In this document: in pieces, positions 46,213 to 58,200 of the stretch | Layout of the letters: every line of letters begins with the position of its first letter | Numbering within the stretch: position 1 is the first letter of the stretch | Assembly (NCBI GenBank): GCA_002269645.1 | Contig: NIVC01000041.1 | Coordinates: 248,001-312,000, forward strand | From: Macrostomum lignano | Taxonomy: Eukaryota | Direction: 5' to 3' | Length of the DNA: 64,000 nt | Notes under the pieces: model-generated | What the model saw: the letters and a program-made list of their open reading frames with translations, nothing else | What the model was told of the DNA's origin: nothing | The model's database searches: none | Translations under genes and position numbers: made by a program

Positions 46213-49200
46213 TTATACTTCGCTAGACACAAGCGGCGAACTCTTTGATGTCGACATTTTTGTCGCCTGACGCGCGCCTGATCGGTTGCCGGCCGCAGAA
46301 GACGCCGCCGCAGCCCCGGCCGCGTCGCTGTTTGCCCCGCCGCTGCTGGAGCCGCTGGCGCCGCTGAAAGTCCGCCTGTGCTGCTGGTGCTTCATGCCCT
46401 TCGGCTTGCTTGGTCGATCGGACGGCGCCTGGCGAGAGTAATGACCGTTGAAGTCGATTCGGGTGCTGAGGAAGCGGAGGCTGTAGTCGGCGTGAGAGTC
46501 CAGCCTGCGCAGGAAGCTGGTGACCAGGTCCCAGTAGGACTGCTGGATCACCTTCAGCTGCGAGTCGAATTTTGATAGCGACTTGTCGTCGAAAACGCGG
46601 CGCCTGGCGCGTTCAGCTTCTTCGCGCTCGGCACCGAGGCCCCACTTACCTGTGCAATGATTGATTGACGATTATTAGCTAGGGGAAATGCATGGAAAGG
46701 GGAAGAGGGGAAATCTTTCTTTACATTGGCGACCACGCCAGGACCAGAATTCACATATTTGACTCTGCTGGAACTTCTGTGACAGTATATAAATCAATCA
46801 ATAATATTATAATATTTATTTAATGACCAATATTTGTTGCATTAAAATATATCTTCTCTATTGTGAATTTGATTTTTTATATAGTGGCCTAATACCAATG
46901 GAAATACCAATGGCCAATATTACTTGCTATTTTGATCTAATTTTGTAACATGCTCTGTGTTGGTTAGAATTTTAAGATTGCTTTATTAATTAGGTTAAGC
47001 AGTAGCTTTGTAGGTCTATTTATCAATTAATAGTTATATTGTAAGATTATTTATTATTTAACATTTGTCAAATAACCATACACAGTTAAAATAAAATAAA
47101 CTTTCATATATTTATTTGTTACTTGCATTTGTCCAGTGATGGATACTCTAGAACTAAGAAGCCGGACCATTAATCGAAATGAGTCACTAATTGACCAAGC
47201 CGTGCCTAGTAGTGAATTACACCAACCTCTACTCAATGCTAACCCAGATGATGTTGGAGATGCTAGTGCTGCATGGCAAAGTCAAAGGTCACAAAATCAG
47301 AATGGCAATAGTTCTGAGAATGTTGTTCCTTCACAGTTAGAATCTATTGATATGCTTGCAGCACATCATTTGCCTACTAACCAATTTCAAAATGATGGTA
47401 ATCTCAATCATTCAAGTGGCGAGAGATTTGGAGAGAGTGATACAGACCTAGTTGGTAATCATGTAGATTTGCCTCAAGCTCAGACAAATTCTGCAGCTCA
47501 AGCAGAGCAACCTGAACAAGCTAGACCTAGACTTCTAATTTATCCAAGAAGTAGTAGACTTCTCCAATCTGACTTGGAGTGGGCTCCACTTAGCCTAAAT
47601 CCTAATAATCAACAAAATGTGGTAGAGATGCCAAGACTAGCCAACCTAGGTCTACCACAGGTTCAGTCCCAGTTGCCAATGCCATCTATTCAAAAACCAT
47701 TTATGTTTGATGGCAAAGAAGAACTTAGTACCTTTGTAGCTAGAGTAGACAATTACATTAGCAAATTCCCTAATCAGCCAGACATAGTAAAAATCAGGAA
47801 TATGGCTGCATTTTTAGGACCTGCTTTCCTAACCTATCAGGCTTGGTTAGCCAATCAATGTGCAATGCACAGCAAGCCTTCTGGTACTCCTCTTGACCAA
47901 CTACCAGCTGCCACTTATTCCTCACTTTTGCAGTTCTTGTCTAGCCGTCATGGTAGCCAAAAGAGCTTGACTACATTACGCCGAGAATTGCGTACTCGAA
48001 CACGTCAAGACAATTAAACTTTTGAGCAATTCTTGACTAGTTTGCAGAATTTGGCAACCAAGGCCTATCCTGAGGATGGATTTAGTCAGATTATTCAGGA
48101 CCAGATTCTTGACCAGTTCATTAGGGTCAGTGTCAATGACCCTAAGGTTACAGAGCATTTATCCAACATGCTGGAGGTTTCATCCCCAGAACAAGCTCTT
48201 AGAATTGCCCAACAACTTAGAGAGACAAGAAGGCTAGTTCAAAGCCAGGGTCCTCTAGGTCAGGCCAGTGCCAAGACCAAGTCAAATCTGATGGCTGGTA
48301 ACCAGACCCAGTACTGCCAAACAGTTGGCCAGAAGGCACCTGAACCTACTATCCAGAAATCCAAGGTAAATTCAACCCAGAGGCATATTGGACCTCAGAG
48401 GTTTCCTCCAAATAGTGGTGCACCTGTGCCAAATCTGATGACAGTCCAGAGTCCAAACATTCACCAGGGACAGCAGTCAAACCTTCCAACAGGCCAATCT
48501 GGCAGAGTTTGCTTCAAGTGCAGACAGCCAGGACACCTGAAGCGGAACTGCCCAAACGGCAACATGGCTGGATCAGGGGGCAGATTCCCGCCAGGACCTC
48601 ATATGGCCCCACAGCTCTGAAGAATGCAATTGAGGAAATCGAAGAATGCAATTTAGAACAATTTACTAGTAGGGTAGAGAGAATTAACCTTAGTTTAGAT
48701 TTTGATAAAGGCATGTATGTGTCAGCTAGCGTCTTTTTTAAGAAAGTTTCTTGTCTTGTAGATACAGGTTCTAGTGTTACCATAGTTTCAAGCAGCATTA
48801 TTAATCAGCCTAGATCAAATCTCACTAAAACAGATGTTCAGCTTACAGTAGCCAATGGAAACAATCTAAAGGTCTTAGGAAAGAATCTAGTCACTTTCTC
48901 GTTTGGTCAGCTTAGTTTTGTGCAGGAGGTATTTGTCTGCAGCAATGTCCAACAGAATGTGGTTATAGGCTTAGACTTTATGCAGCAATTTAACGTGTCT
49001 GTACATCCAGCACAAGGCATAATTACTTTTAATAACCTAAACAAATCAATTCCAGTCAGAAAAACTTTAGAAATTCCTAAGTTCCAACTTCTTGCTGTCG
49101 CAGAGACCATATCTATTCCTCCAGGTCAAACTGTTCAATTATCGCTGAAGCCTAAAGAATCAGGTGCATCCTTGGCACCAGGTTTAATAGAGCCAAATCA

Positions 49201-52200
49201 TCGTGTTCCAGGTCTATTAGTAGCTAGAGGTATCGATTTACTTAGAGAGGAAGGAATGTAGACCAGAGTGGCTAATGTAAACGTAGATAGAGAACTTATA
49301 CTACGAGCAGGAAGTACTCGTAGTATTAGAAAGTTTACTCCATTCGATCAGAAAGGTCAGGTATGCATTGTAGGAGAAAGTTTAGATTCTAGGCAGGGTG
49401 CAGCGAGCAGCGCTAGTGAAAAAGAGAGTTCATTAGAGAGTGAAAGTACTCAGGGAGGAAGTGAGGTCAAGTTTAACATTTCAAAAGATTTGTCAGCAGA
49501 TGAGACTGAGGAAGTAGGAAGAGTTTTAAAAGAGTTCGAATGTGTCTTTGCTTCAGATGGTAACTTAGGTAGAACAGATTTGCTAAAGCACAAGATAGAT
49601 ATCGGAGGTGCTTTGCCGGTCAAAGAGACGTTAAGACGCACGAATTTGCCGACGATTAATGAGCAGAAGAAGATTATAGATAGCATGTTGCAAGACAATG
49701 TGATCGTTCCATCAGCATCTCCATGGGCAGCAGCTGTAGTCTTAGTGCGAAAGAAAGATGGAACTTTTAGATTCTGTGTAGATTATAGGAAGCTTAATGC
49801 TGTTACCAAGGCAGACGCCTATCCATTGCCAAGAATTGATGATACCTTAGATGCTCTAGCTAGTAATGTTTATTTTTCTGTTATGGACATGCAGTCAGGT
49901 TATTGGTAGGTAGAACTTGATCAAGAGGACAGTGAAAAGACCACATTTCTGTGCCATCACGGTCTTTATCAGTTTCGTGTCATGCCATTTGGTCTGACAA
50001 ATGCTCCAGCAACCTTTCAACGACTGATGGATATGGTGCTGCGAGGGCTGAAGTGGGAAGCATGTCTAGTCTATATAGACGACATTGTAGTCATGGGAAG
50101 GTCATTAGAAGAGCACAATAACCACCTTGCTAAAGTCTTCCGCCGTCTAAAAGAAGCTAATCTTAGATTAAAGCCAAGTAAATGTGTATTCGCTTCTAAG
50201 TCAATAAAGATCCTAGGTCATAAAATTACTCCAGAAGGTATCTCTGTTGATGAGGAGAAAATTCATGCAGTTCGTGAGTGGCTTCGACCACAGACGGTTA
50301 AAGATGTACAGAGCTTCTTGGGCCTTGCATCTTATTACCGAAGGTTTATTAAAGGTTTTTCCTCCATAGCCGGACCATTGCGCCGAATCACTCTAAAAAA
50401 CCAGCAGTTTGCTTGGTCTGGTGAGCAGGAACTGAGTTTTAATACTTTAAAGCAATGCCTAACCTCGGCACCAGTCTTAGCTCTACCTGAAACTGCAAGT
50501 GGTAGCAGCCAGTTTATATTAGATACAGATGCTAGTGGTTTTGGCATAGGCTGTGTCCTGTCTAAGGTGCAAAGAGGACAAGAGAAAGTAATTGCTTATA
50601 GCAGCCGCGCTTTAAATGCAGCAGAGAGAAATTACTGTGTCACTAGAAGAGAGCTGCTAGCAGTTGTAGAATCTTGCAAAAAGTAGGTCATATCTCGCAG
50701 GTCATAAATTCCAAGTTAGAGTTGACCACGCTGCCATAACTCACCTGCTAGGCTTTAAAGAGCCAACCGGTCAGCTAGCAAGGTGGCTGGAAGCGTTGCA
50801 AGAGTTTGATCTTGAAGTGGTCCATCGTCCAGGTAGAACGCATGCCAATGCAGATGCACTTTCGCGCTGTCCAAGATTTTGTGAAGCGTGTCGTCCGGAG
50901 ACGCCAGGCAAGGCAGATGCAGAATGTCAGACGGATAGCGTAGGTACAGAGCAGGTAGAGTGTAATGCAATAGGTGCGACTAGAAGGAAACAGCAGCTTG
51001 AGGCACGCACATCTGATGGTGAAGAGTCCGACACCGAAGGTGATGGTAGTGAAGCTGAGATGGAGGAAGATGAAGAATCGATGAGAACATTACAGTTAAA
51101 GAATGGTGGTATTGGTCCAGTATTTCGAAAACTAGCGAGAGGTGAGACTGTGCTAACGGAAGACGAAAAGGCCAAAATGTCACCAGAAAGTCTTGTTTTG
51201 ATGAGTAAGGTTGATGATTTATTTGTGCTTCGTAAATGGTATTATGCATCGATTAGTTAAAACAAAACCAGTTCTAGTTTTGCCGTCTGAAAGACGACGT
51301 GAGGTGATCGAGGAAATTCATGCCCAAGGTCATTTTGGGGTGGCTAAGACGACAGAAGCAATAAAGCAGCGGTTCTACTGGCCGAAGATGATGGATGATG
51401 TGAACCTGTGTGTAAGGGAGTGTATTCAGTGCCAGCGGGCGAAGCCAACGTCAGCTGCCAAAGCCCCACTCAGCCGATGCCATCAGGATTTCCGATGCAG
51501 AGAGTGGCCATCGATGTCGTTAAAATTGCCACGTCCCGTCACGGCAACGACCGATTATTGACAATCATCGATTATTTTAGTAAATGGGTCGAACTCTTTC
51601 CATTACCCGATGAGAAGGCCGCAACGATTGCGAACGCACTGTTTACGCACTGGATCAGTCGGTATGGTGCGCCGCACGTTTTACATTCGGATCGAGGGCA
51701 GAACATTGACGGCAAGAACATTAGAAACCTGTGTAAGATCTTCGAAACTCAGAAAACTCGAACGACAGCATTCCATCCGCAATGTGACGGCCTGGTAGAG
51801 CGTTTTCATCGCACTCTCCATGGCGTGCTGAGATGCTACCTTCAGAAAGTCGAACCCGAAAACTGAGAGGACGTCATCCCGCACTGCCTGATGGCCTACC
51901 GAAGCTCTGTTAGCGCATCGACTGGTTTTACGCCGCACTTCGTTCTGACTGGTCGTGAAATGGTGTTGCCGATCGATTTAGTTTATAGAGAGCCGGAGCC
52001 TTCCCTGACACCTGCTTCGTTCGCTCAGGACACGAAAGAACGGTTGATTGAGACGTACGAATCGATCAGGAAGACCACCAAGGCCGTTCAGCGAATTCAA
52101 AAGAAATTTTACGATCGTAAAGTGAAGAAGATTAAGTTTGCTGAGAATACGTTGGTATGGATATTCACGCCGCCATTGGCGCTCAGACAGCGTGACTCCA

Positions 52201-55200
52201 GATGGTCACATAAACACTACGCACCCTGGTCAGGACCTTACCGGGTGGTGCGAAGGACCTCGCCAGTGAATTATGAAGTAGTGAAGTTTTCGTGTCATGG
52301 TGAAGACCGAGGCCAGAAGAAAATTGTGCACGTGGGCGCGATGAAGTTGGTCGTGCAGCCTGCAACTCGGCTGCCAGGTCTTTGGCAAGATGAGGTTGAA
52401 GCTGATGAATGAGTGTCGCAAAGTCGTCCAAAAGAAGAGCCACTTAAAACAATCATAACAACTAATAGCGTTTAGAAATATTATCAGTTAGGGCTTTTTA
52501 AGTTAAGGATTATTTAGTCAATTAGGTCAGATTTATATGTATTTATGTCCCATTGCTAATAATTAACCTAGTTTCGTTCCAGGTTCGAACTTCGTTGCTT
52601 GACTTTGTATTAACTCGTTTCAAATACTGCATGATTAGTGTTTGATTATTGACTGAGCGTTGCTGCGTAGATTTGCCTTTTGTTTTATCACCTCAAACAA
52701 ATACCATTTTCGATAGCGTTGTTCATGTTCGTGTTGTCGACTAGTTAAAAAGATTCGTTTGAAATATTTTAACCCCCAATTAATGCATTGTTTCTCTTTT
52801 CTGATATCTGCTGCACGCTTTTCTTTCGTTCGATAAAACCTATAATTGTTCGATTTTGTGCTAAGTTCGTATAATGTTCCTCTGTTATGTGCTGTGTCAT
52901 TTATTTTGTTCGATATGATCGTAAATGTTGTTCGTATATCTCGATGTTGATCGGTTGACGATTGATTTCGTTTACTATTTCGTTATATGTAATTTACAGA
53001 CTTGTATGTATTGTAGTCAAGTTTAGAGTACTCATTCATGTTATATGTAATTCTTAATGTATGCACCGTTACATTTAAAGCATTTCCTTTGGTTGTGTTG
53101 CGGAGGTGAGCTGCTACCGCAGGTGCATGTGCAGGAGTCGCAAGTCTGTTTTCTCCCTGTCACGTTTCCCTGTTGGTTTGCTCCGCGGTTTGAAGCTTCG
53201 TTGCCTCAATGTTTCCCCGCCATTTCTTGGTCGTGGTGTACAACTTATGAGCGCATTTGATTCGCTTTCTGTGCTGGTGTGTCGCAGTTGCATTTTTCCA
53301 AGCGCATATTTTTGTGTTTGTCTTCGGGTTAGAAAATGTGCTGTTTGACATTGTTGCCGTTCCGTAGTCTGTTGTTCTGTTTCCCATCATATCCGTAACG
53401 TTATTACATCTATTATTAACATCTATTATATGGTTACTATATGCTCTTAGTGTATTGCAGTAGTCCAATGAGGACATATTTTTCGCAGGGAGGGCATTTG
53501 TAATGAAATTATAGCTCGATTTTGAATATTGTACTTTATTTAGAATTTCTTAGTTTTATATTGTATTTATATTATTTTCCATTGCAGTAGTAATATTGTA
53601 GTAGTATATTCGTACGTTATCTACTTATTTTGATATAATTTAATTTATAAGAAATATATTCAAATGGGAAAGAGCGTCGCACTGGGGCACGGTTGGACGG
53701 TCAACTCGGGCTATTGGGTCGTGAGTCACAACGTAGCTTAGCGTCTTAACACTTAATATCAGCATTCATTAGCCATAGATTACCAATCCACAGAGCCATA
53801 GATTAGCAATCCACAGAGCCATAGATTAGCAATCCACAGAGCCATAGATTAGCAATCCACAGAGCCATAGATTAGCAATCCACAGAACCATAGATTAGCA
53901 ATCCACAAAACCATAGATTAGCAATCCACAGAGCCATTGATTAGCAATCCACAGAGCCATAGATTAGCAATCCACAGAGCCATTGATTAGCAATCCACAG
54001 AGCCATAGATTAGCAATCCACAGAACCATAGATTAGCAATCCACAGAGCCATAGATTAGCAAACCTTCAGCCCCAAATGTATATAAATCAGCAATAAGCT
54101 CACCAGCTTTGGTAGCCCTCTCAGTCTCATCCTCGAACCGATCCCGGATAGCCGCCTCCTCGCTAAGCGCATCGAACATTGCCCCCAGTGCGTGCTCATA
54201 CTGGATGATAAGGTCGAACACCGCCCGCAGTTGGGTGAGAATCTCCCTAGATCGCTCGTCTAGCAGGCACCTAGTGACTACGGTTGCTAGGAAACGCTGA
54301 TGAGCTCCGATTACGGCGTCTAGATCGCAGGCTCCTTTAACGGCGGCCAGCAGGTCAAGCCAGGCGCATTCCAACGTCTCGAAGCTGACGTAGTACTGGA
54401 ACTGTTGCACAAAGTGGGCCATCTCGTGGCCGATCAGCTGGCAGCGATGCAGCAGGCCGCCAGCCCGCGGCATCCTGGCGGCCAGCCGGCGGCCCTCGGA
54501 CACGCTCTTGCGGGACAGCCCGGCCAGGATGTGCTCCATGCGTTTGGAGCGCCACAAAAAGTTGAACGCTCGCAAATAGGAAGTTAAGCATTCGTCTGTG
54601 AGCACTGTGCTCAATGGGCCGTCTACGTTGTAGTAGAGTGAGAACACGTCCCAGCCGGTGTCGCCAGGGGACACGTCCAGCTTGCGGACATCCAGCCTGT
54701 GGATTTTGTGTGGCGGGAACGGGAGATTTGGGTGAGATTTTGGTAGCTTGGGTGAGATTTTGGTAGCATGGGTGAGATTCTGGTAGCATGGGTGAGATTT
54801 TGATAGCTTGGGTGAGATTTTGGTAGCTTTGGTGAGATTTTGATAGCTTGGGTGAGATTTTTATATTTTAGGATGCCCGTCTCCCGATTTTGCAGGCGAC
54901 ATTCCTTATTGAGAGATTTTGATTCCTTAGCAAAGAGATTCGAAGCAAAACAATTAAAAACAAGCAACGCCCACCTCTCAATAATGTAACTGGGCTCAAA
55001 CTGAGCATTGGTGGCCCGCTTAGCAGTCTCAAGAATGCCGAACAGATTGTGAGCGTACAGCTGGCCAGCTGGCAAGGACAGATCCGCCTCCAGCAGGTCC
55101 ATCAGGTGGCAGATGAAATCGCCCTGACCAAGCAGCAGGTAGCGGCGCAGCGCTTTGAGGTGATCAATAAAATGATACTTGGTGAACAGGATGCGCAACA

Positions 55201-58200
55201 GATGCTGACTGGCGTCTCTGTAAGTGTCCGATACCATTCGATCAAAGCTGGGATCAAGGGTCTGGCTCAGCATAGCGTGCGGCGACGGCAACGCCACGGT
55301 TTTGCTGGACTGCGGGCGTAGACTTTGCAGCCGGCGCTCGCCGCACACTAAGCGCAGGAAATTGATGGCCTTGCCAGTTAGTAGAATCTTTCTGGCCTGT
55401 TCAGCCGTGATGAATCTAAAATTAAAATAGCATTTGTCTCGCGGTGGCCTACTTATAGTAGAAAGTAAAACATTTTACAGAAATTTTCCATAATAATACT
55501 CTATTTTTAGTGTTTATAATTATAGTATAAATATGGGAATTTAGTACCTAATCATTGAAGAATAGATAGTGGAATTTAGCAGTCAATTACTGATGAACAG
55601 AAAGGGGAATTTAGAACTCAGTTACTGATGAACAGAAAGGGGAATTCAGAACTCAGTTACTGATGAACAGAAAGGGGAATTCAGAACTCAGTTACTGATG
55701 AACAGAAAGGGGAATTCAGAACTCAGTTACTGATGAACAGAAAGGGGAATTTAGCACTTAGTTACTGATGAACAGAAAGGGGAATTTACAACTCAATTAG
55801 TGATGAACAGAAAGGGGAATTTAGAACTCAGTTACTGATGAACAGAAAGGGGAATTTAGAACTCAGTTACTGATGAACAGAAAGGGGAATTTAGAACTCA
55901 GTTACTGATGAACAGAAAGGGGAATTCAGAACTCAGTTACTGATGAACAGAAAGGGGAATTCAGAACTCAGTTACTGATGAACAGAAAGGGGAATTTAGC
56001 ACTTAGTTACTGATGAACAGAAAGGGGAATTTACAACTCAATTAGTGATGAACAGAAAGGGGAATTTAGAACTCAGTTACTGATGAACAGAAAGGGGAAT
56101 TTAGAACTCAGTTACTGATGAACAGAAAGGGGAATTTAGAACTCAGTTACTGATGAACAGAAAGGGGAATTCAGAACTCAATTACTGATGAACAGAAAGG
56201 GGAATTCAGAACTCAGTTACTGATGAACAGAAAGGGGAATTCAGAACTCAATTACTGATGAACAGAAAGGGGAATTCAGAACTCAGTTACTGATGAACAG
56301 AAAGGGGAATTCAGAACTCAGTTACTGATGAACAGAAAGGGGAATTTAGCACTTAGTTACTGATGAACAGAAAGGGGAATTTACAACTCAATTAGTGATG
56401 AACAGAAAGGGGAATTTAGAACTCAGTTACTGATGAACAGAAAGGGGAATTTAGAACTCAGTTACTGATGAACAGAAAGGGGAATTTAGAACTCAGTTAC
56501 TGATGAACAGAAAGGGGAATTTAGCAATCAGTTATTGATCAACAGAAAAGGGAATTTATAACTCAATTACTGATGAACAGAAAGGGGAATTCAGAACTCA
56601 GTTACTGATGAACAGAAAGGGGAATTCAGAACTCAATTACTGATGAACAGAAAGGGGAATTCAGAACTCAGTTACTGATGAACAGAAAGGGGAATTCAGA
56701 ACTCAGTTACTGATGAACAGAAAGGGGAATTTAGCACTTAGTTACTGATGAACAGAAAGGGGAATTTAGCAATCAGTTATTACTGATTAACAGGGGGAAT
56801 TTAGCAGCCTATGGAATAGCCCAAAACAGCATAAATTACCTGGGAATCATATTCTTCCTCAGAGTGTACTTGCTCTGCCACAGTCTATCGGCACCCACCG
56901 TAGGGTTGGCTGCCACAAAGAACTCCTGGCAGGTGTCCTCCAACTCGCCGTCAAGAATCCATCTGCACACGGTGTGAAACAGCGGCTTGCACACCTCAGT
57001 GAGCAGATGCGCTACCGTGGCCTCAATCTCCGGGTTGCCATGGAAACGCCAGGCGTAAATCTCGGACACTAATGCGCCGCCTTTCTTAGTGCGGCAAGCG
57101 TCCACCAGACCGGCTAGCAGACGCAGCCTCTGATGAGGCTCGGACACCCAGACAGCCAGCCGCTTCAAAGTCATGCCGGACGGCTCGCAGACGGCCGGAT
57201 CGGCCGAGTCCTCCTGTCCGGCCAGCTGGGACTCGATGGCGGCCAACAGTTCGCAGAATCGCCTGAGCTGAGCGTGCAGAGCGGCGCAAAAACTCTGGCC
57301 AAGGCAGCCGAATGTGCGTTCGGACTTCTTGGCCTCAACAAATAATTTGATTTTCCGGTGCAGCCAACCGCATTCGGCGATCCACATGGCCGATTTTAGC
57401 GTGGATGGGGGCAGGCGGATCTGAGGGAGGCGGTTGTAAGTAGTAAGTAGCAGTAGTATATCAGATGGTCTTAAAGGGAATTTAGCCTCTAACTGAAAAT
57501 ATCAAAGGGGAATTTAGCTTCCAATTTAAAATCTTTAAAGGGGAATCGAGACTCATAGAAAACTGAGAATCAGAGGGGAATTTAGTCTCCAACTGAGAAT
57601 CAAAGAGGGAATTTAGCCTCCAACTGAGAACCAAACAGGGGAATTTAGCTTCCAACTGAGAATCAAAGAGGGAACTTTAGCCTCCAACTGAGAATCAAAG
57701 AGGGGAATTTAGCTTCCAACTGAGAATCAAAGAGAGAATTTAGCCTCTAACTGGGAATCAGAGAGGGGAATTAAGCAACATACTAAAAGCCTTAAAGGGG
57801 AATTTAGACTCCTGAATAAAAATCTGCAAGGGCAATTCAGCACCGACAAAGTAACTTCATGACGCAATCAGTATAACTCACAAGAATTATACTTTTTATT
57901 ATGCAACACAAAAAATAAAAGAAACAATCTCAACTAAGCTACTAACCAGCTGAGTAGGCTGAAACGATTGCAAATTCGGATCGTAGCGAAAAGCGCCACC
58001 ATCGATGCCCTGCAAGCAGTAGAGCAGCTCTCTCAGCAGGTCCAGCTCTGACAGATCGCCAGTTGAATTCGCCGACTGCCTGCCCTGCGGCTGCTGCCGC
58101 TGTGAGGCGCTGTTGTTGTTCAGCTGACGGGCGCTGACACTCCTGGCTAGGCCGCTGGTGGCTCCTCCATCGGAGGAGGCTGCAACAGCGTCCGGAGGCG

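Larger units (their letters stand above)
46715..53773 (+). mobile_element. Ty3/Gypsy LTR retrotransposon, decayed, antisense in TUBGCP3 intron 5; both LTRs truncated
   Basis: Order gag(CCHC)-PR(LVDTGS)-RT(YIDD)-RNaseH-IN(HHCC, DDE, GPY). Flanked by an 11-bp LTR end plus PBS on the left and PPT plus partial LTR on the right. Confidence 0.95.

Noticed and set aside
48015-51866. Programmed readthrough or a variant genetic code explaining in-frame stops in gag-pol
   Set aside because: All three stop types occur along with three frameshifts, and host genes end at ordinary TAA or TGA; simple decay explains it.
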